DNA from: Candidatus Saccharimonadota bacterium
Lineage (GTDB): Bacteria; Patescibacteriota; Gracilibacteria; Absconditabacterales; Absconditicoccaceae
Reading direction: 5' to 3'
DNA length: 32,000 bases
NCBI GenBank assembly: GCA_000503875.1
Contig: CP006913.1
Coordinates: 540,001-572,000 of the forward strand
Shown piece after piece: positions 24,357-32,000 of the stretch; position 1 is the stretch's first letter, and each line of letters begins with the position of its first letter. The notes beneath the pieces were generated by a model. That model saw only the letters and a program-made list of their open reading frames with translations, had not been told where the DNA came from and did not search any database. A program made the position numbers and the translations under genes.

Positions 24357-24557
24357 CTATTTTTTTTTCGCAGGAGCTTTTTTTGCTACTGGTTTTTTTG
24401 CAACTTTTTTAGCTGCTGGTTTTTTTGCAACTTTTTTAGCTACAACTTTTTTTGCAACTTTTTTAGCTGCTGGTTTTTTTGCAACTTTTTTTGCAACTTT
24501 TTTAGCTACTGGTTTTTTTGCAGGAGCTTTTTTTGCAACTGGTTTTTTAACTGCCAT
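24357..24557 (-). CDS. Histone H1-like / Hc1-like Lys-Ala-Pro repeat protein (putative nucleoid protein), 66 aa
   Basis: ATG 24555-24557 (complement) to TAG 24357-24359. An in-frame TAA lies two codons upstream of the ATG. The sequence is MAVKKPVAKKAPAKKPVAKKVAKKVAKKPAAKKVAKKVVAKKVAKKPAAKKVAKKPVAKKAPAKKK. It is followed by a terminator-like hairpin. Confidence 0.7.
   Translation of the reverse strand: MAVKKPVAKKAPAKKPVAKKVAKKVAKKPAAKKVAKKVVAKKVAKKPAAKKVAKKPVAKKAPAKKK
24369..24540 (-). repeat. Imperfect short direct repeats inside the H1-like gene
   Basis: Units such as ggtttttttgcaggagctttttttgc (near both ends) and gcaacttttttagctgctggttttttt recur. They encode the AKKxAKKPxAKK periodicity. 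Confidence 0.8.
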
Positions 24558-24703
24558 TATTTATTAAGAAAAAATAAAAGTAACACTAATGATATATGTA
24601 TAAAAACACAAAAAGCAATCAAATCAACAGTTTTTTATAAAAAATGCCAAGCGGAAAACACAGTAAATAAGCAGTAAAAAATAGTATTACCAAAAAAAGT
24701 TAT

Positions 24704-25078
24704 TTACATATTCGTTTTTCTTTGTATCATAATACACGAATTATGAACAATAGTAACTCAATGTTGCAAACATTTCTGTATTGCTACATCACTTTCAGAT
24801 CCCGGTTGCATCCAAATGTTATTAATTCACAATCAAATAGCTTCATCAATTATTTTTTCTGTAATAATTGGTGGTACAACAAAAATAACAACATCAATGG
24901 AAAATGGAATTTCTGATAACGAAGGATATGAAGTGCTTCATAAAATTTTTTGTTCATTAGGATTAATAGGTACGACCTTATATCATCAAGACAACAAATC
25001 TTGAAATATTTTGTTTCCATATTTTTCTGGATTAGCAGATGCACCAACCACTGCATACATAAAATTTTTATCAATCAT
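24704..25078 (-). CDS. CoA-binding domain protein (YccU/YneT-like), 124 aa
   Basis: ATG (complement of 25076-25078) to TAA 24704-24706; it is absent from the ORF track because of 6 in-frame TGA. The sequence FMYAVVGASANPEKYGNKIFQDLLSGGYKVVPINPNEQKILGSTSYPSLSEIPFSIDVVIFVVPP...NNIWMQPGSES...GVTIVHNSC matches the CoA_binding_2 family pattern. The start lies 5 nt after the uvrD stop. Confidence 0.8.
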
Positions 25079-25083
25079 TATTA

Positions 25084-27342
25084 TTACATAACTTGTAAAA
25101 ATCTTTGTTCTATTTTTCTAACACCAAATTTTGGATTATGAAATTTTACAATAGCCAATCATTTCCAAACTTCAAGAACATATCATGTACCAAACAATTT
25201 ATGTTTTACAATATCTCATTCATTTACTTTTGATTCATCTTCAGCAAAAGATGATCATCATCATAAATCATATTTTTTCATCAAATCAACAGAAATTTCA
25301 TCAAGAAATCTACTAGGTGGATTCATTTTTGTTTGTCATCGAGTCATTCTACTATTTGCATAAGAGAAGAAAAGATGGTCCTCTGCCCTAGTAATAGCTA
25401 CATACATCAATCTTCTTTCTTCTTCCAATAATTTAGTATCCATAAGAGAATTTGAAAGTGGAAAAACATGATCTTCCAATCCAACAATAAATACAAAAGG
25501 AAATTCTAATCATTTACTAGAATGTACTGTCATCAATTTTACAGCGTCCAAATTTCAATTTGAATTTTCTGCTATATCTGATAATAATGCAACTTCTTCC
25601 ATAAATTGTCTCAATGCTTCATCTCATGTTTGTTGATATTTTTCTGCCATATTTATTATCTGTCAAATATTTTCATATTTTTCATCAGCTTGAGATTCTC
25701 CTCATTCTTCTTTGACCAAGTAATCTCTATATTTAATAGCTTTTACCATCAAATCAATAAATTGTGCTGGTGCCAAAGAAGGTAACTTATTTCTAAGATC
25801 ATGCATAACACGAACAAATTGATCTAATCCTGATTTTGCTTTTGGTGTAAGTTTAACAATATCTGTATGAAGTTGTTCTAAACTATTATGTATACTCATT
25901 GAATGAGTTGAAGCATATTCTGATAATCTATCTATACTTGTCTTACCTATTCATCTTTCAGGAACATTTAAAATTCTTTTGAGAGATACACTATCTTGTG
26001 GATTTATAATATATTTAATATACGACAAAATATCTTTTACTTCTTTTCTCTCAAAAAATTTAAATGCACCAAATATTTTGTAAGGAATTCATTCTTGAAG
26101 AAATATTTGTTCGAAAGGAGATGATTGAGCATTTGTTCTATACAAAATAGCTATTTGTCATCGTTCTTTTATTTTATCTGTGTCTTTCATTTTTTTGATA
26201 AAATCGATAATATTTGCTGCTTCATCCATTTCACTTCCATGAGAAAAACATACAATTTTATCTGATCATGTTCTATGTGCAACAATATCTTTTTGATATT
26301 GATTAGTATTGTTTTTAATCACTTGATTTCATGCATCTACAATATGAGGACGAGAACGATAATTTGTTTGAAGTTTAAACATTTGAATATCTGGCCAATA
26401 TTTTTTTACATTCAAAAAATTTTCCATCAATGCTCAACGCCATCCATAAATACTTTGAAAATCATCTCCAATCAAAGTAATATTAGCTGATTCTCCAGAC
26501 AACATTTTCATAAGTTCAAATTGAATCCAGTTGGTATCTTGAGCCTCATCTACCAAAATATAAGAAAATTGTTTTTGCCATTTTTGTAATACTTCTGGCT
26601 GTTTTTTAAACAACAAATATGGTAATAATAATAAATCATCAAAATCTAAACTATTAGCCAATTCCAAAGCCTCCTGATATTTTTGATAAATGGTATACAT
26701 ATTATGATCATAATCAGAATTAGCTTGTTTAGAAAACATTTTCGGATCAAATCAATTATTTTTTTGGGTAGAAATAAATGATTTTACTTCTTGTGGTTTA
26801 AAAATATCAACCATTCAAAGTTGTTTAAGTACATCTTTGATTACAGATTGAGATTCATTGGTATCAAAAATTCAAAAATTTTTGGTATATTTCATATCAA
26901 GTTTTTCAATATCTTCTTTGAGCATTTTGAGAAAAATACTATGGAAGGTACCAATCCATTTAAATGAATTTCAATCCAAAATACGAGGTTGGGAAGGTGT
27001 GCTTGATTGAATAGTATTTAAAAAATCATCGATACCATCTCAAGAAGAATTAGTCATAATTTCCGATTCTGATGTAGCATTAGATCATTTGGATTGTAGA
27101 TCTTGTGCAATTTTCACCAATCTTTCCTTCATTTCAGCAGCAGCTTTATTGGTAAACGTAACTGCTAAAATTTTGTTATGATGAATTTGTTTACCAAAAA
27201 TAAGATACGCAATTTTGTAGGTAAGCGTTCTTGTTTTTCAACTACCCGCTCCTGCAATAATCAGACTTGATGTATTTATATGTAATGCAGCTTTTGATTG
27301 TTCTTCATTAAGTTGTGAAGAAACGTAAGATTCAATTTTCAT
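25084..27342 (-). CDS. uvrD: UvrD/PcrA-type ATP-dependent DNA helicase, 752 aa
   Basis: ATG (complement of 27340-27342) to TAA 25084-25086, read codon by codon. Motifs: Walker A AGAGSGKTRTL (Gly is TGA at 27238-27240), [35 protein letters not shown] (Gly is TGA at 26434-26436), [35 protein letters not shown], and [15 protein letters not shown]. Confidence 0.92.
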
Positions 27343-27486
27343 AGAAAAAAAACAAAAAAAATAAACAATACGCAGAAACTTCCATCAGAAGTTTAACGTC
27401 AATTTTATACTATTTTAATGTAAACAACGTTATTTGTAATAAAGAAACTATAATAATATACATTGATTTTTAAGAATCTGTTATTC

Positions 27487-27510
27487 TTTGTCAATTCAAA
27501 TTTTGACAAA
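27487..27510. promoter_or_regulatory. Perfect 8-bp palindrome arms with 8-nt spacer, immediately downstream of the third giant gene and upstream of uvrD
   Basis: tttgtcaa (27487-27494), spacer ttcaaatt, then ttgacaaa (27503-27510). Read on the minus strand, the arm at 27487-27494 contains TTGACA, followed by a 17-nt spacer and AAAAAT. Confidence 0.35.
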
Positions 27511-27517
27511 AATCAAT

Positions 27518-30500
27518 TTAGAATCCATTCATAGTCAACGTAAGCGTACCACTATAATTACCAGGAGCTTGATTAGCAGGGACATTTACTAAAAGTGATA
27601 CATTGTCAGCACTTACTTTACAAATTTTATTACTTCCTGAAGCTTTCGCAAAGAGCACATAAGGCGCATTATAAAATTGTGTAGCTGTTCCATTATCTCC
27701 TGTACAAGATGGATCACCTTCAACGACAACAGGATCATGAGAGATAAGAAGATTACCACCAGAAATAACATTTGATTTTTCATTAGTTAAATCAGTTGTT
27801 TGGATAGTTAATGTCCATTCTGAAGTAATACCTCTATAATCTTGACAATACCAAGCAGAAGGAAATGTTCCAGTAAAGGTATATGGAATACCAATTTTCA
27901 CTTCTTGAGCATCCATAGTTAGTGATGTTCAGTATACACATTCAGTAACTCATCACGTAATTTCTAGTTTAATATTACCTTGAGATTGTCCTGGTGGTAA
28001 TACTAAATATTCTATACTATCAAATGTTGATATATCTCAAGTTAAATCACTATCAAAATCTATTTCTGCATAAACAATTTTTGTACCATAGTCTCAAGTA
28101 AGTGTCCATTCGTATGTTCATGTATAGCTTAACCACTCACTTCGATTTTCATTATCATTACTAAATCTCATATTCGTTGCTCCTGATGCATCAAGAGAAA
28201 GAAGAACAACTGATGTCAAAGTATATGATTCATCATTATTAATCATAAATGATCAGGTTAATGGTTCTGGTTGAAGCTCCCCTACACCTACGATAGCAAA
28301 ATCAGTAAAGTGAGTAGTTTCAAATTCGACGTATGATAATCATTCGATAGAAACAACTGTTGAACCTGTATGATAATTCCAAGTTACTCAATGATCTTCA
28401 GAATAATAAATACTAATCAATGTTCATAACTCAATTCATTGTAAAGGAACTCTTATAAAAACAGAAGCTGTATTTCAAGATTGATTTTTTATTTGTAAAG
28501 AAGTATCATTTGAACCAAGAAAAATAGCAGAAGCAATACCTGAAAGTAAAAAACTTCATGTATCACTAAAAGATGGTCAATACAAAATTCCTGTATAATA
28601 ATCTCCACTCGTCGTAGTAAATACCAAACCTGAATCCATTTGAACTTCAATTTTATTATCTCAAGTAGATTGCATAATAATAGGAATAGGTAATTCTCAA
28701 TTTGAATCATTTAATCTAATTTTTTTTGTTCCAACAAGAAATCAAGAAACTGAAGCTATTGATCAAGAAAATTTATATCATCCATAAGAAAATTCATTTT
28801 CTACAACAGAAATATCTGAAATATTAGGTACATTTACATAATCTGGTTCTGTACCATACACAACAGTTTTTTGTCGTGTACATCAAATTAAATTAGCAAC
28901 ATCTTGAGTACAAACTTGAAACGAATAAGTAGAACCAACTCAAGTAAAAGTAGTAGAAGGAATAATAGAATTAATACTAAAAAACCATTTATCTATATCA
29001 TATTTATTTAAATTAGAATTATATAATGTCTCTATCTCTCATGATGATAATGCACGATTCCATATACGAACTTCATCAATACGTCAACTAAAATAATAAT
29101 TATCACCATAATATGCAGATGTTGCTCAAATTGAATTAGCATATTTGGACCATACAATCGGTCATGTAAAAGTATTTCAACTTCCAGCAAGGATTCAATT
29201 GATCCAGAGATACAATTTACCCGCTGCTTGATCTCTAGTAGCAACAATATGATACCAAGTATTTGGGTTAAATGGTCAATCTGCGAAAGCAGTATATCTT
29301 GCTGTAGAACTATAGGTATCAAAATATATCCTATCTGTAGCACCAAAAAATGCAAGAGCAATACCTCATTGTGTAGTTGCAACACCAAAAGGAGCTCATC
29401 ATATAATTGTATAATTACCTGTTCATAATGTTGTTTTATTAACCCATACACTATAGGTAAAATCACCCGTCAATTTAACACTAGGAATTCTTATCTTATT
29501 GCTTATTCAATCAAAAGAAAAGGCTCAATTTCGTCTTCAATCATTTATAGGCGTTGCTCAATATATTTTTATTAATTGTTTATATAAAGAAAGATCTACA
29601 ACTTTAGAAGAGTTTTCTCCGAGCGCAGAAACAGTATCAAAATTTAGCATAAGAACAAGTCAGCTATCATAAACGCTAGCTATAGATTCTCAGCTTCGCA
29701 ACCAAGAAAAATTCACTAAGTTATTTTCTAAAATAGTAATTAATCAGGTTAAGATACCTGGATTATAAATAGATAAAGGATAAGCAAAAGATATTCAAGT
29801 AAAATTGACTATTGGCAAAGTGGAATCTACCTTAATCCAATCAACAGAAGATCTTATAGATCAGGTAGTATTTAGGACAGCATCCTGATAAATAAAATCA
29901 AATAATCCATCAGTTACAAAAGAATAATATGGATCAAGACTATTATTTAGTTGTATAAAACGTCATGTATCAGCTCGATGCATTTCTCCTGTGACAGAAG
30001 ATGTTGTTATAATAGCAGGTTCATAAGATACATATCAAGGAGTAGGAATATATCATCATGTATATTCTCCTATATATAATCAAGTTACATCATTTTGTAA
30101 AGATGATACAAGACCAGTTCATGATATATAATTATAAATTACAGATTGAACTTGTCTATTACTATTTTTACCATAGATATATCCTGCAACTGGTGGATAA
30201 AAATCAAGATCCTTTTGCGAATTACACAATCCATCAACATGTAAAAATAGCTCATCAGAAGAAAAAGGATTTACTGCATAATCGCAAGACATAGTAGGCC
30301 CAGTAAGCAAAAGTATTCCTGTAGTTCGTCATAAATAGTTATACGTAGCTCATCCTGTTGCAAAATAACTTGCATTTGGAATTGAAATATTGCTTAAGCT
30401 ACCGTTAGCATACATCTTTATAGTACCAAAATATTTAGTATAATGAGTATAGTATCTATTATCTACATATATTGCATTAATAGTATTATTATAACATTCC

Positions 30501-32000
30501 AAATTATTTACAACATTATATTGTGACCTATTATTAAAACCAATTCAATACCCATTATTATATAATTGTGCATTATTTATAACTCAAGAATTACTACCAT
30601 CTATATAAATTCCATTATTGGTATTATTAAATGATTGAATATTATTTAATGTAGTATAGTTAGAATTATATATCCTAATTCATCAATAAGAACCATTTAT
30701 ACTATTTTGAAATAACTGTACATTATCCACAAAATTATAATGAGAAATATATATATGAATACCTTCTTGAGAATTATTATATGATTGACTATTAGAAATT
30801 GTGGTATAATTTACACCATTATTAAAATAAATTCATCTATAATAATTATAGGTTTCAACATCATTAATAATACCAAAGCTAGATCAATTAATAAAAGAGA
30901 TACCAGCTGATATTGGTGTATGAAATCAAGAAGAGCCATTAGATTTACCATCAAATTTAATTCCATCTATCAAAATATTGTTTAAATTATCAATAGATAA
31001 GGCTGAAGTCGATCAGGTAGTATTATAGAAAGTAACAAGTCCGGATCAAATCAAAGCAGTACAATGTCATAAAAAATTTATAACTCATGTATTTAAATAA
31101 TCTCCTGAAGATAATATATATAAGGTATTTCATTGTAAATTTTGAGGGACTGTTCCAAGTCATGGAGAAAGATATTTGAGCATCATTTTATTAATATCAC
31201 AACTATTCGCTAACCAATTATATCAAGAGAAATAATATTTCTGTATAATATCTTTTTCAGACTGAATGGTGACAGAATCCAAATATATTATCGTATTATT
31301 AAATGTTTTATATATCATACCTCCGGTAGATAAATAGAGGTTTATAGATTTTTCACCATATCATGGTGTTAAAGTAACATTAAAAGTTCCAGTACCATTT
31401 AATATTCAATTCAAAGATCCTCACACAATATCACCTGAAATAGTATATGAACCGGTAAACGCTAAAACGACAACCAATTCCAAGTTTCTTGTTGTTGTAT
31501 ATGTGTCACTATTGATAAAAAAGTCCGCTCACGGAAGAATACTAGTTGGTTCTGCAATAAATTTAGTAGAATCAAAATCTAAAGAAGATAAAACCAAGTT
31601 AGTAGTTCACGAGTACATTACCGGTTGAATTTGTTTCGAAATAGATCATCAATAAATATTAGTTCAAGTTAATGATATATTACTTCTATATCATCTATAA
31701 TCACAATTAGATATTAAATTCAAAAAAGAATTTTGATTTCGATCCAAAATATTAACAGCTAATCAACAATTCATCTTTCATGATCAGGCTATAATTTCTC
31801 AAACATTTCGTCATAATCAAAGATTTTCTAATCATCATGAGATGAAAGATGATGTATTATCTAACTTTACATTACCATAGCTATTATTGAAAAAGCTATT
31901 TTTACCATAAAATTTTGATCCTGTCGAAAAAGTACTAGAAATAGCATATCACATATTATTATATATATTTACATTATTTATTATTGTTCAAGTAGAACGA
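27518..32000 (-). CDS. Giant secreted surface protein, at least 1493 aa (N-terminus beyond window): right-handed beta-helix (PbH1) repeats, LamG domain, Ig-like domains, distinct C-terminal beta domain
   Basis: I read every codon of the minus-strand frame from 32000 down to TAA 27518-27520. There is no TAA/TAG, only TGA. The frame contains track ORFs 27518..27916 and 30119..30310. It includes PbH1-like repeats, a canonical LamG C-terminal motif GRIDEVRIWNRALSSGEIETLY, and MRFSNDNENRSEWLSYTGTYEWTLTGDYGTKIVY. Confidence 0.85.
29012..29527 (-). other. LamG domain of the third giant protein
   Basis: GAFSFDGISNKIRIP...FTYSVWVN...WYHIVATRDQAAGKLYLWINGI...GRIDEVRIWNRALSSGEIETLYNSN. This is the closest of the four copies to the canonical Laminin_G_3 C-terminal motif. 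Confidence 0.8.
30455..31010 (-). repeat. Right-handed parallel beta-helix (PbH1-type) repeats, period about 22-23 aa
   Basis: Consecutive turns: ...ISFINGSSFGIINDVETYNYYRGIYFNNGVNYTTISNSQSYNNSQEGIHIYISHYNFVDNVQLFQNSINGSYGGIRIYNSNYTTLNNIQSFNNTNNGIYIDGSNSGVINNAQLYNNGYGIGFNNRSQYNVVNNLECYNNTINAIYVDN. The recurring pattern is N-x-GI-x-I...N-x-I-x-N. Confidence 0.7.

Noticed and set aside
24360-24550. Periodic short repeats that superficially resemble a tiny CRISPR or tandem-repeat array.
   Set aside because: The repeats are contiguous with no unique spacers and lie in an ATG-to-TAG frame encoding AKK-type repeats. They are coding repeats of the H1-like protein.
27518-27916. Stand-alone 132-aa gene, as suggested by the ORF track.
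   Set aside because: The frame continues upstream through TGA codons without any TAA/TAG for more than 4 kb. I treat it as the C-terminal domain of the giant protein, although an internal start cannot be excluded.
29032-29466. 144-aa track ORF on the minus strand (Leu/Ile/Gln-rich), and the 66-aa plus-strand ORF at 29228..29428.
   Set aside because: The first is in a different frame from the continuous 4.48-kb reading frame that carries the canonical LamG motif here, and the second is antisense to it. Neither has recognisable motifs.

Overview
AT-rich 32-kb window that cannot be read with the standard genetic code. The supplied ORF track is shredded because in-frame TGA is a sense codon here. 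TGA falls on invariant Gly positions of several conserved motifs and aligns with GGN in paralogous repeats inside the window. This indicates TGA=Gly (NCBI table 25), the code known from Absconditabacteria (SR1) and Gracilibacteria (BD1-5) in the CPR/Patescibacteria. I retranslated both strands by hand with only TAA/TAG as stops. The window then resolves into 14 tightly packed genes and no RNA genes, CRISPR arrays or mobile elements. More than half of the DNA (about 17.4 kb) encodes three giant secreted or surface proteins: 3037 aa, 1280 aa, and at least 1493 aa (cut by the window edge). They are built from shuffled modules: LamG lectin domains, right-handed beta-helix, Ig/Fn3-like D-x-AGN domains, and an unassigned C-terminal NGKTY module. 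Next to them lie a PKD-repeat membrane protein with a Gln-rich cytoplasmic tail, a GT4 glycosyltransferase and a membrane-anchored CHAP peptidoglycan hydrolase. I read this as a candidate host-attachment/attack locus of an episymbiotic or predatory CPR bacterium; this is inference, not proof. The remaining genes are housekeeping: gatC, pyk, proS, mnmA, uvrD/pcrA, a CoA-binding protein and a histone H1-like Lys/Ala-repeat protein. There is also a secreted protein with two 4-Cys repeat modules. All coordinates come from manual codon-by-codon reading. Domain names rest on remembered family motifs, and no HMM or database search was possible.
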